Assembly (NCBI GenBank): GCA_964019335.1
Contig: OZ025742.1
Span: 1 to 64,000 of the forward strand
Direction of reading: 5' to 3'
Source: Diplonema japonicum
Taxonomy: Eukaryota; Protista; Euglenozoa: Diplonemea
Length of the DNA: 64,000 nt
Shown: piece by piece, positions 8,105 to 17,170 of the stretch
How the letters are laid out: every line of letters begins with the position of its first letter
Position numbering within the stretch: the stretch's first letter is position 1
Notes under the pieces: generated by a model
Database searches by the model: none
The model's input: the letters and a program-made list of their open reading frames with translations, nothing else
What the model was told of the DNA's origin: nothing
Made by a program: the position numbers and the translations under genes

Positions 8105-10966
8105 TCAATTGGATGGACCCATGGAGGCAGAGCGCCCCTTGACCCCATTGGTGAAGAGATCTTTGGTCTCCGCGAACGACCTGGCCCGCCCCCTCGTACC
8201 CAGGTTCGTCACCGCAGCCTCAGAGGTCGTAGCGAGAGGAGGAGCCCCCTTCTTCCCCTTCCCCTTCCCTTTCCAGACACTGTCGTGTGTCGTCGTCGCC
8301 CCCGGTGTAGGGTCCCGCGGCACTGCCGTTCCCGTCGTCAGCGTGGCCGCCTGCGGCAGGAGGAGGCGGAGCGTCGTCCGCAGATCGGAGATCATCTCCT
8401 GCTGAGAGTCGATCGTCCTCTGCAGCCCGACGATCGACTCCTTCAGCGTGGCGACGAGCTCAGTGAGAGCGGCGACCTCAGGCGACCCGGAAGGGACCCC
8501 CTCCTTGTTTCCCCCAGACACGTTGCGGGGCGGTGTAGGGGACGTCACAGTGTCGAGCTGGGGGGGAGCCACCGAGCTCGGTATGGACGCCCACGGGCTG
8601 GTGGGAGGAAGCCCAGTTGCTTTCACCGCAGGGTCAGTCCCCGAGGGTGTCGACGCCGATACAGGTGCCGGGTCAGGTACAGGTGTAGGCGCAGGTGCAG
8701 GTACATGAGAAGATGTGGGTGCCGGGGTCGAGGACGTTGCAAGCGCAGGTGCAGATGCAGGTGTCGTCCTGTTGATGAGAGGGGGCGGCTTGACGGTCGG
8801 GTGGTCGTCCGCATCACGGAGGCAGACAAGGCGCCCCCCAAGGAGCCACGTCCTGGACTTCGGGGGCGGGCCGTCGACGACGATGAAGAACACGAGTTGC
8901 CTCGTGCCCTGGAACATCGTCTGCGTGCGTCGCAGGACGGAGGATGGTTTCCAGCCGATGTGGTCCATCATTTCATCGAAGGCCGCCCTGGTGATGGACG
9001 GCGGGGCCCCGGTGAGCAAAAACTTGCGCTTCGTACGCAGTTTTGCGAGGGTTTCCCGGAGCCGCTGTTCCGTCTCCGGTAGGCACCGCACAGTCCATCC
9101 CTTACGGTGCGCCACCCCGAGAGACAACCCACCCAGCGTCCCCGCAATCCGAAAGGCATCCGCCCTCCCTTCCGCCACGATGGGTACATAAGCGTACCCC
9201 CCGCGTCTCTCCGTCGTCCGGATCATGCACCCGTCCCCGGACCGGCGCAGGACGGCGTGGACGTGTGCTGCTTGCAGGCGCAGTCCCACCTCGTGGGTCC
9301 AGTGCCTCGCCCGCGGTTCCTCCTCACCGAACTTCCTTGGGCGGAAGACCGCACGATCCTCCACCACCGCGCCCTGAGCCTTGGCGAGCTCCAGGACCCT
9401 GGCCTTCGCCTCCTTCAGGCTGTCTGCACTGACACAGACGTAGACGACCTCCGATCCGCTGTTGAAGGTGGAAGGCGGGGTGTAGGTGGGGGGGTCCAGC
9501 CCGAACGTGGAGACGTGGACCCTCCTGTTCACTGCGCGCGACCCAGAGACCATGACAATCTCGCTGGGGGTGGTGACACCGGGGACCTCTGTCATAAGGA
9601 CAAAGGTGATGGATGCCGTAGGTAACGCGGAGCACACGACCCCCATTCCGGAGGGATCGTCGAGCGCAATGACAGCGCGGGATGTTTCCGTCGGGGGGGA
9701 CACGTTGGTGTAGATCGGGGCGTCCCATGTGTCTGGCACCAGGTCCCATCGCGGGGTTGTGGAAGGGGCAGGGGCAGGGTCGTCCTCCATCTCCTCAGGG
9801 CCAGAGCTGGTGTCAGAGTCTGAGCTGAGGAGGAGCGTGCCTTGGTCTGTTGACGCGTTGGCGGAAGCGTTCGCGACTGCTTCGTCCTCGACCTTCTGGG
9901 CATCTGCCTTCTTGGCGGCCGCCAACCTCAAAGCTTCCTCCTTTTTGGCAGCGGCTGCGGCGGCTTCCTTTTCGGCGGCGGCGGTGGCTGCGACCTTCTT
10001 CTTCTCCTCGGCGGCGGCGGCTGCGGCTGCGGTCTCCTTCTCGGCGGCGGCGGCGGCGGCTGCAGCTTTCTTCCTGGCGGCGTCGGCTGCGGCCTTCCTC
10101 TCGGCGGCGGCGGCGGCGGCTGCTGCTTTCTTCTCGGCGGCGGCCTTCTCCTCGGCGGCGGCGGCGGCTGCTGCTTTCTTCTCGGCGGCGGCGGCGGCTG
10201 CGGCTTTCTTCTTCTCGGCTGCAGCGGCTGCGGCTGTAGCCTTCTTCTCCTCGGCTGCTTTCATCTCGGCCGCAGCACGCGCAGCCTCCTTCTCCTCTGC
10301 CGCAAGTCGTGCAGTAGACCGCTCGCGCAGAGCCTTCTCCTCAGCCTCGACTGCTCTGCGAGCAGCCTCCACACCAGCCACGCGTGCAGCTTCCGTCTCG
10401 GCTGCCATTTTGACAACCGCAGCATCAGCCACCTCCTGCGCAGCCTTCATCTTAGCTGCTATTTCTGCAGCTACCACGTCGGCCGACTCGCGTGCAGCTT
10501 CCAAATCAGCAGCGATTCCCGCGAGTTCGACGTCGGCCGCAGTGCGTGCGGCTTCGAGGGGGTGTGTGGCGTCAGCTTTGTGTGCGGCTTCGGCGGCAGC
10601 GTCAGCGCGCGCGGCTCTGGCGGCCTTCCTCCTAGCTTTCTTGCTGGAGGTCGGGGTGGCGACGCTGGCGTCAGGCGAAACCGGCCTTTTGACGGAGCCG
10701 GTCGGGGTGGAGGCGACAGGTGTCGCTGGGCCGGCTGTAGCGGCGGCGGCGTCGGGCGTGAGGAGGTCAATCACGGTGACCACCCCCGTCATCTTCTCCC
10801 GGTGCTCCGGCGTCAGGAGCTGCCCCAGCTCCCCGGCTGCTCCCGCGCTGCGGAGCATCCTCTCCACCCGCCGCTCCTCCCTGGCCTTGGACTGCGCCAG
10901 CTGCGTGCTGGCCCCGTTCCCTTCCGGCTTTGCCTTCTCCTTGTGCTTGTCTTTCTTCTTGCCCAT
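8105..10966 (-). CDS. E2 ORF1 (Ala/Lys/Glu-rich coiled coil, central RRM-like region, coiled coil, basic tail)
   Basis: 953-aa ORF with ATG after an A-run; AAAAAEKK repeats; central domain homologous to E3 and E4 ORF1. Confidence 0.85.
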   Translation of the reverse strand: MGKKKDKHKEKAKPEGNGASTQLAQSKAREERRVERMLRSAGAAGELGQLLTPEHREKMTGVVTVIDLLTPDAAAATAGPATPVASTPTGSVKRPVSPDASVATPTSSKKARRKAARAARADAAAEAAHKADATHPLEAARTAADVELAGIAADLEAARESADVVAAEIAAKMKAAQEVADAAVVKMAAETEAARVAGVEAARRAVEAEEKALRERSTARLAAEEKEAARAAAEMKAAEEKKATAAAAAAEKKKAAAAAAAEKKAAAAAAAEEKAAAEKKAAAAAAAAERKAAADAARKKAAAAAAAAEKETAAAAAAAEEKKKVAATAAAEKEAAAAAAKKEEALRLAAAKKADAQKVEDEAVANASANASTDQGTLLLSSDSDTSSGPEEMEDDPAPAPSTTPRWDLVPDTWDAPIYTNVSPPTETSRAVIALDDPSGMGVVCSALPTASITFVLMTEVPGVTTPSEIVMVSGSRAVNRRVHVSTFGLDPPTYTPPSTFNSGSEVVYVCVSADSLKEAKARVLELAKAQGAVVEDRAVFRPRKFGEEEPRARHWTHEVGLRLQAAHVHAVLRRSGDGCMIRTTERRGGYAYVPIVAEGRADAFRIAGTLGGLSLGVAHRKGWTVRCLPETEQRLRETLAKLRTKRKFLLTGAPPSITRAAFDEMMDHIGWKPSSVLRRTQTMFQGTRQLVFFIVVDGPPPKSRTWLLGGRLVCLRDADDHPTVKPPPLINRTTPASAPALATSSTPAPTSSHVPAPAPTPVPDPAPVSASTPSGTDPAVKATGLPPTSPWASIPSSVAPPQLDTVTSPTPPRNVSGGNKEGVPSGSPEVAALTELVATLKESIVGLQRTIDSQQEMISDLRTTLRLLLPQAATLTTGTAVPRDPTPGATTTHDSVWKGKGKGKKGAPPLATTSEAAVTNLGTRGRARSFAETKDLFTNGVKGRSASMGPSN

Positions 10967-11731
10967 TTTTCTTTTCTTTTCTTTTACAATTTTTTTTTTT
11001 TTTTTTTTTCAAAATACCAATAGGTGCCACCATGGGGGAGCAACACCTGGGAAGGGGAAAGGTGAAGGGAAGCATGGAAATATTACAGGGAGGGCGAAGA
11101 CCAGTTCTTCTGCAATCAGATGGAGCTGTGGACTCCGCCAACCCGTGCACCTGTTTGGAACAGCCGAAGAGGGCTGAATTACTTTAATTCCAAGCCGCGT
11201 AGACCTACGTGACTCGGACGGGGACCTTGACCCCAGTTCGTCGTTTTTCTCAACTGGGACCTCTGGTGACCGGAACTGGCCCCGGTCGCCCCCTCGAGAG
11301 GGATTTGCTCCATTGAGCGAAACATGAAAGGGTGAGAGTAAAATCTCTCAAAATCAAAAGGGGAAGCGAGTGTGCGTGTGCGCATGGGGATGATAGGGGA
11401 AGCATTTGCTCTCCCCGCTGCACTCCGGCAGGCGGGGGGAGGGGATGGCCGTACCACACTCGTTCGTGCGAAGATGAGAGGACTCATCTTGGCAACTTCA
11501 GAGTAGGCCGGGTCATCCGTTTTTGACTACAATGTCAGGGCACACGATAACAAGAGGATGTTAATTTTAAAAAATTTTTAAAATTTAAAAAGTTTAAAGG
11601 GGGACGGGCATACTGGTAAGAGAAGGCCAGACGCCGGATGATGATAAAGAAAAGGATGAGAGGGAGTGGAAGAGAGGGGAAGGGAACGTAAGCACTAAAA
11701 GAATTGAAATGTTGATCTCACCCTACTCACT

Positions 11732-14700
11732 TCAGCGCAACACGGGGGCCGCAGGGCCGGCGTCAAGGGAGACAGCCGGCGGGATGAACGAAGGGGCAGC
11801 GGTACCTGCCGTTGCCGCAGACGGCGACGTGAAGACCCCGGATCTGGCCCAGTCAAGCAAGCCAGAGTCGGCGATGAGGGTGAATACCTGCGTCACGCGT
11901 TTTGACAGGCACTCCACCAGCGAGGGGCGTCCATTGGGAGCGTCGAGCGAACCCCGTCCAACCACAGCGCACCCCCCAACAACGTGCTCCCTGGACATCC
12001 GAGCTCCACACGCTGGACAGCTGAGCTCAGCCTTCTTCCTGTTCGGTCCAGCCGCCTGCAGGAAGCCGAAGAAGAGAGCGGAGTGCCCTACCCTCAGCCG
12101 CGAGATGACCGTCTCCGCTAGCCTGGGGAGGGACTGGGGGAAGCACGCCGCTCGGAGCCCCGTGGCCCTCGCGTACCTCGGGGCCACCTCCCCGACAATG
12201 ACCGCAGACCTCTGCTGAATCTGGCGACGGACCAGGGCCCTGACCGACCTGTAGTCGAGAGAGGGGCGAGTCAGCTCGCGCTTCGTGCCCTCCCCGGCCA
12301 GCCTGTCTGCCGCCTCGTTGCCAGGAACCCCGCAGTGGGACGGCACAAACTGGAGAATTACTGGTGCACCTTGTGCACGTGCCGCGGCCACCAGCAGTTC
12401 CCAGGTCTCGTGGTCGAGCCTCTCCCTCTGCCGCGAAGGACCTGCCCTCAGCTGATCAAGGAGAGAGAGCGAGTCGGTACAGATCGACAGCCGGCTGTCT
12501 GCCAACGTGGGGTGCTCGCTCCGGAGCGCGGCCACCATGTCCAGAGCCACCTTGACAGCCAGACCCTCCGCCCGAAAGGAAGAGCAGAAATTGCTGACGC
12601 CGAAGCTCTCGGACACGGGTTCGTGGGGGCGGGGGAGCTGCAAGTAGACCCCGGCGCCGCCCCTCCACCTCTGGCGGTCCCGTACGACAGAACCATCCGT
12701 ATAGGCATGGATACCCGGTGGAAGGGCAGCCAGAGCCTCCACGGCCGCCTTCCGCTTATCCACGTCCGGCGACGAACGCGTGACCCTGCCGGGAAGGGCA
12801 GTTCTGAACTCCACCAGGAACGCGTGCCACGGTGCTACTTTGGGCGAGGCAGTCAGTAGCTCGAAGGTGTCGTACTTCCTGAAGCCTTCCTGCGTCGTCC
12901 ACCCCTGCAGTCCGCAGCGTCGTAGCGCAAGGATACCCGCACGCAGCCACCCATTGCCCATACCGGTCATCCGCTTCTGCTCAAGGACCTCGCGGTGAAC
13001 CGGGGAGGTCCTCCAGCAGAACGACTTCGCCGTCAACACCGCCGCAGCTCCCTCAGCCATCTGTCGGAGGGGTAGCAGACCTGCCTCAGCAACAACCTTC
13101 GCCGTGCCCGAGCCGTGCCAACAACCCGAGATCAGCACCGCCGCTCTCTGGTGGAGCCCAACAAGCTCCTCCACCCTGCTGTCCCTGAGCCTGGCAAAGT
13201 AAACACCCATGCAGTACCGGAGTAGCGGGAGAACGTACGTGAGGTACAGAGATCGGAGCGTGGCCTTCTTGCACCCCCAGGTCGTGCCCGACAGGAGCCT
13301 TAGTACCCTCAGCCTCTTGTCAGCGCGCCTCAGGACATCCCCCGCATGCTCGTCAAACGTGAGCCCAGAGTCTACAGTGACCCCAAGATACTTCGCCGAC
13401 CCACACAGAGGCAAGGGGCGAGCCGCCATGTAACCAATGTCGGACCTCCGGATGGCGGCGGGAATGTCGAAGGACCGTTTGCCACCCGCCTCCACGACCC
13501 GAAAGCCAGACAGCTCACGGACGCCAGACAAGGTCCCACAGGCCCCAACCCCAAGATTAAGGACAGGGTCCTGGAAGGCCCCCGGGCAAAGCGGGACACG
13601 CGACGAAGAGAAGTAGACATTAAGCCGCTTCTGATAGGGAACGCACACTGCCTGCGACTTGCTGGAGCTCAGCAGCATGCCCCGTCTCCCACACCAGCCC
13701 TCAACCGCGTCCATCACAGCCTGGGCCCCTCGCTCAAGACCAGCCAGGTCGCCCTGCCCGGCTGAGACCACCACCGCAACATCGTCGGCATAAAGAACCG
13801 ACAGGTCCGCCATCCCAACCAGCAACCTGGCTAGCTCGTCGACGTAGATGGTGTAAAGGACGGGTCCCAGCACAGACCCTTGGGGCACCCCTCTCCTCAC
13901 CTTCGTCGTCGACCCTCGCGAACGACCCACCGTGACCGCCGCCGTACGACCGCAGAGGAAGGAGCGCGTCCATTCGACGAAGGGCTCAGGGATCCCTTTC
14001 CTCCGCATCATGCCCAAGAGAGCTTCGTGCTGAACCAGGTCAAACGCAGATGAGAAGTCAAACAGCAGGGCAGCCGACAGACGCCGACTGTCTTTGTTCC
14101 TCGACAGGCACCCGGTCAGGGACGCCACCTGCTCCTCCGTGGAGCGGCCCCTCCTGAAGCCAGCCTGGCTGTCGTGGAGACTCTCAACGCCCGACGCGCT
14201 AGAGTCTAGGAGAAAGGTAAGCCTCTCCTCTATCATCCTCTCAAGCAGCTTACAAAGACAGCTAGTGAGACATATGGGACGGTACGATGCAAGCAACGTG
14301 GCGTCCTTCCCTGCCTTCGCCACTGGAACAATCACCCCCTTCTTCCAGGCACCCGGCACGATCCCCGCCTGCCATGAGCGATTGAGGAGCAGAAGTAGAA
14401 CCCCGAGCGAGGGTTGGTCGAGGTGGAGAAGCATCTCCGCGAAGATGCCATCATCACCCGCTGCACTGCGTGTCTTCATCCTTCCCAGACCGCGGGTGAG
14501 ATCATACACCGTAAAGGCGTGGCACCCAAGCACGTTCGTCGAAGGAGCTACGTCCACCGCGTCCCCATCACCACCCTGGCCGTAGAGCTTGCCGAAGTGA
14601 GCCCCCAGGCGGTCGGCTTTCGCCTTGTCCGTCACGAACCTCCCCTCGAGAATGGGAAGGTGCGGTCTGCGGTGTCTGCCGTCCAGCTTCTTCACCGCCC

Positions 14701-15898
14701 TAAACGCAGACCCGAGGTCCTTGCTCCGACTGAGGTCAGCCGCCATCTCACCCCAGGCCGCGCGCTTCGACTCGGTCATGAGTTGGTTTACCTCCTTGAC
14801 CTTCGCCTTGTAGACCGCCGCCACGCTGTCGTCCTCAGTCTCAGCCGACTTGAGGAAGCGATCCCGCAGGGCGTTCCGTTCTTCGAAGGCGTCTTCGAGT
14901 TCGGCCGTCCACCAGGGGGTCGGGCCTCGTCGCACTCCGCAAAGCGGAATGTGGTCGTCAGCTGCATGCAGAAGAGCCTCTGTAACCTCCTTCGTGAAGG
15001 AGTCAATGTGGGCCTTCGTGTCGATCTTGGTCAGAAGGGCAGCGGCGGCCGCGGTGAAGTCGTCCCACCTGGCCTTTTTGAAGTTCCAGGTAGGGCAGGG
15101 TCGCTCCGAGCAGTAGGCGTCCTCAAGCGGCAGGCGGAAGGAAACCGGGCTGTGATCAGAGCCCCACGTCCCCAACGTCCTCGGCTCCAGTTCCGCACAA
15201 CGTCCCACCACCAGGTCCAGAACGCATGGCGGTGAGTCCCGCGTCGGCTCGTCACGGTTGTTGTAGACCGTGTAGCCGTGGGTGTCAAGCCAGTCCCTGA
15301 CCACGTTCCCCCTTTCGTTGGGCGTTGTCACCTTGGCATCCCAAGAGCTGTGGTGTGCGTTGAAGTCGCCAGCAACGATCGTGTTCTTCCCCACAGGTAG
15401 GCTGCCCGGCCGTAGGTACTCGGGGTCCCTTGTCCCTCTGCTTATACTCACAGGCGTGAGGTACACGTTGGAGAGGGTGACCGGGACGCGCTTCACACAG
15501 GAGATCCTCACGTCTAATCGCTCAGTGACACTGTCACCTTCAGGGAGTACGAAAGGAGCTTCCTCCGAGGCAAGGCAGTCACGGACATACGTGATGACAC
15601 CACCGCCTCTCGTCGCAGAGCCGTCCGTCACCGGTGTTGTGCGGTCCCTCCTGTAGGACGTGTATCCAGGCAGGTATGGTGTCTCATGCCCCTCCCTAAG
15701 GTGTGTCTCCTGGATCATAATGATATCCAGCGTCAGTAGGACAGCGTGGTAGGACACGGTTGACCACTTGGCGGCAAGACCGTTGCAGTTCCAGGACAGG
15801 ACCCTGAGTCCCTTCGGCTTCGGGGGTGGGAGCTTCTTAGGTGGACCGGGGTTCGTCTCAACCAGCCCAAGCAGCCCCAGCAGGTCCCTGGCCGACAT
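11732..15898 (-). CDS. E3 ORF2: 2A-like + APE + RT + RNase H + CCHC (frame open upstream to 16039)
   Basis: LVETNPGP; SWNCNG, QETHL, GDFNAHH, SDH; YRPICL, GVPQG, YADD; YTDGS, TDSLS, SHCG..GNEAAD; CPAC..HVVGGC. Confidence 0.95.
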   Translation of the reverse strand: MSARDLLGLLGLVETNPGPPKKLPPPKPKGLRVLSWNCNGLAAKWSTVSYHAVLLTLDIIMIQETHLREGHETPYLPGYTSYRRDRTTPVTDGSATRGGGVITYVRDCLASEEAPFVLPEGDSVTERLDVRISCVKRVPVTLSNVYLTPVSISRGTRDPEYLRPGSLPVGKNTIVAGDFNAHHSSWDAKVTTPNERGNVVRDWLDTHGYTVYNNRDEPTRDSPPCVLDLVVGRCAELEPRTLGTWGSDHSPVSFRLPLEDAYCSERPCPTWNFKKARWDDFTAAAAALLTKIDTKAHIDSFTKEVTEALLHAADDHIPLCGVRRGPTPWWTAELEDAFEERNALRDRFLKSAETEDDSVAAVYKAKVKEVNQLMTESKRAAWGEMAADLSRSKDLGSAFRAVKKLDGRHRRPHLPILEGRFVTDKAKADRLGAHFGKLYGQGGDGDAVDVAPSTNVLGCHAFTVYDLTRGLGRMKTRSAAGDDGIFAEMLLHLDQPSLGVLLLLLNRSWQAGIVPGAWKKGVIVPVAKAGKDATLLASYRPICLTSCLCKLLERMIEERLTFLLDSSASGVESLHDSQAGFRRGRSTEEQVASLTGCLSRNKDSRRLSAALLFDFSSAFDLVQHEALLGMMRRKGIPEPFVEWTRSFLCGRTAAVTVGRSRGSTTKVRRGVPQGSVLGPVLYTIYVDELARLLVGMADLSVLYADDVAVVVSAGQGDLAGLERGAQAVMDAVEGWCGRRGMLLSSSKSQAVCVPYQKRLNVYFSSSRVPLCPGAFQDPVLNLGVGACGTLSGVRELSGFRVVEAGGKRSFDIPAAIRRSDIGYMAARPLPLCGSAKYLGVTVDSGLTFDEHAGDVLRRADKRLRVLRLLSGTTWGCKKATLRSLYLTYVLPLLRYCMGVYFARLRDSRVEELVGLHQRAAVLISGCWHGSGTAKVVAEAGLLPLRQMAEGAAAVLTAKSFCWRTSPVHREVLEQKRMTGMGNGWLRAGILALRRCGLQGWTTQEGFRKYDTFELLTASPKVAPWHAFLVEFRTALPGRVTRSSPDVDKRKAAVEALAALPPGIHAYTDGSVVRDRQRWRGGAGVYLQLPRPHEPVSESFGVSNFCSSFRAEGLAVKVALDMVAALRSEHPTLADSRLSICTDSLSLLDQLRAGPSRQRERLDHETWELLVAAARAQGAPVILQFVPSHCGVPGNEAADRLAGEGTKRELTRPSLDYRSVRALVRRQIQQRSAVIVGEVAPRYARATGLRAACFPQSLPRLAETVISRLRVGHSALFFGFLQAAGPNRKKAELSCPACGARMSREHVVGGCAVVGRGSLDAPNGRPSLVECLSKRVTQVFTLIADSGLLDWARSGVFTSPSAATAGTAAPSFIPPAVSLDAGPAAPVLR

Positions 15899-16039
15899 CC
15901 GTTCAAGTAAGGAAGGGATCAAGGAAGGGAGGACGTCGTACAAGTGATGTGGAAGGTGTCTCCTCGGCTGTATGCGCGGGAGACCAGGAGAGGGGGCGTG
16001 GTCGTCGATCTGACGCCCCCCCTGCTCAGCGGGACCCCT

Positions 16040-17170
16040 TCAATTGGCAGGGGCGGGGGCCGGGCCCACAGAGGCTGCCCGTCCACGGCCGGCCCCGTTG
16101 GGGGAAGCAGAGTCGCCAGCCAGCGACTGGGCGCGTCCCCTTCCGCCCCCTTGCTCCGTCGATGTCGGGTAGGGGCCTGGCGTGCTTACGCCCTGCGCCT
16201 GGTGCCCCTTCGTCCCTGCCTTGGACCCAGCCTTGCCGCCCTTGCCCTTCCCAGCAACTGCCGTCCGCCCAGCTCCGTCTGCAGATGACGCCGGCGCGCC
16301 AAGTGACGCTGCCATCTTCTCCTGGAGGTCGCGGACCGTCGCCTGCAGACCGTCGATGGTCGCCTGCATCGACTGGATCAGCGCGAGGAGCGCCGGGACC
16401 TCAGGTTCCGGTGCGGGATTCTTCTTCTGGGAGTCACGGGGAGGTGTCGTGGTCGGGGAAGCCGCAGAGGAGACCGGAGTCACAGTGCCAAGTGGCGGAG
16501 GGGCAACAGAGCTCGGTGGAGATGACCACGGATTGGTGCTCGGCAGCCCTGTGGACTGCACCGTGGGGCCAGGGGCCGGCGTCGGCGTCTGGGCCGTGGT
16601 TGCCGCAACCGGCGTCCGAGCCGCGGGTGGAGCCTTCTTGTTGGTGCGGGGCGGGAGCGTGACGCTCGGGTGGTCCTCCGCGTCGTGCAGTCGAACGAGA
16701 CGAGAGCCGAAGAGCCATGTCCTGGCCTTGGGGGGCGGGGCGTCGGCGACGATGAAGAACACGAGTTGCCTCGTGCCCTGGAACGCCGTGTCAGAGCGTC
16801 GGATGATGGACGACGGCTTCCAACCGATGTGGTCCATCATCCCGTCGAAGGCTGCCCTGGTAACAGACAGCGGGGCTCCGGTGAGCAGGTACCGTCGCTT
16901 TGTCCTCTGCTTGGCGAGGGCCTCCCTCAGACGCTGCTCCGTCTCCGGCAGGCACCTCACGGTCCAACCCTTGCGATGGGCCACCCCCAGGGACAACCCG
17001 CCCAGTGCCTTCGCCAGCTGGAAGGCCTCCGCCCTCCCCTCCGCTACGATGGGCACGTAGGTGTACCCCCCGCGCCGCTCGGTCGTCCTGACCATGCAGC
17101 CGTCGCCCGAGGCCCGGAGTACCGCATGGACGGATGCCGCTGGGAGCCGCAGGCCCACCTCGTGGCTCCA
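16040..17170 (-). CDS. E3 ORF1, 3' part (5'-truncated)
   Basis: Aligns to the C-terminal part of E2 ORF1 from WTHEVGLRL onward; ends AAT-TGA as in E2. Confidence 0.85.
   Translation of the reverse strand, partial: WSHEVGLRLPAASVHAVLRASGDGCMVRTTERRGGYTYVPIVAEGRAEAFQLAKALGGLSLGVAHRKGWTVRCLPETEQRLREALAKQRTKRRYLLTGAPLSVTRAAFDGMMDHIGWKPSSIIRRSDTAFQGTRQLVFFIVADAPPPKARTWLFGSRLVRLHDAEDHPSVTLPPRTNKKAPPAARTPVAATTAQTPTPAPGPTVQSTGLPSTNPWSSPPSSVAPPPLGTVTPVSSAASPTTTPPRDSQKKNPAPEPEVPALLALIQSMQATIDGLQATVRDLQEKMAASLGAPASSADGAGRTAVAGKGKGGKAGSKAGTKGHQAQGVSTPGPYPTSTEQGGGRGRAQSLAGDSASPNGAGRGRAASVGPAPAPAN

Larger units (their letters stand above)
5316..11562 (-). mobile_element. E2: non-LTR retrotransposon of the same family as E3; 5'UTR and ORF1 intact, ORF2 frameshifted and cut off at E1
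   Basis: High similarity to E3 in ORF1 and ORF2; homology ends at LRSLYVT (~5317) where the E1 3' end abuts. Confidence 0.9.
11563..17170 (-). mobile_element. E3: 5'-truncated non-LTR retrotransposon with intact ORF2, head-to-tail with E2
   Basis: Homology to E2 ORF1 stops at 17170 (WSHEVGLRL vs WTHEVGLRL); pyrimidine-rich 3'UTR ending in a T/A-rich run. Confidence 0.9.

Noticed and set aside
8105-8107. In-frame UGA as selenocysteine or a reassigned codon
   Set aside because: No convincing SECIS seen in the 3'UTRs; host genes (ABCG, IAH1-like) end in TGA; the position is not a catalytic Cys site
9729-11177. Long antisense ORFs (9729-11177, 8063-9082, 51640-54033, 52353-53705, 58770-60038)
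   Set aside because: Shadows of GC-rich or repetitive sense CDS with no domain motifs
11480-11562. Pr77/HDV-like ribozyme at the E2 5' end
   Set aside because: Could not fit the P1-P4 double pseudoknot by eye
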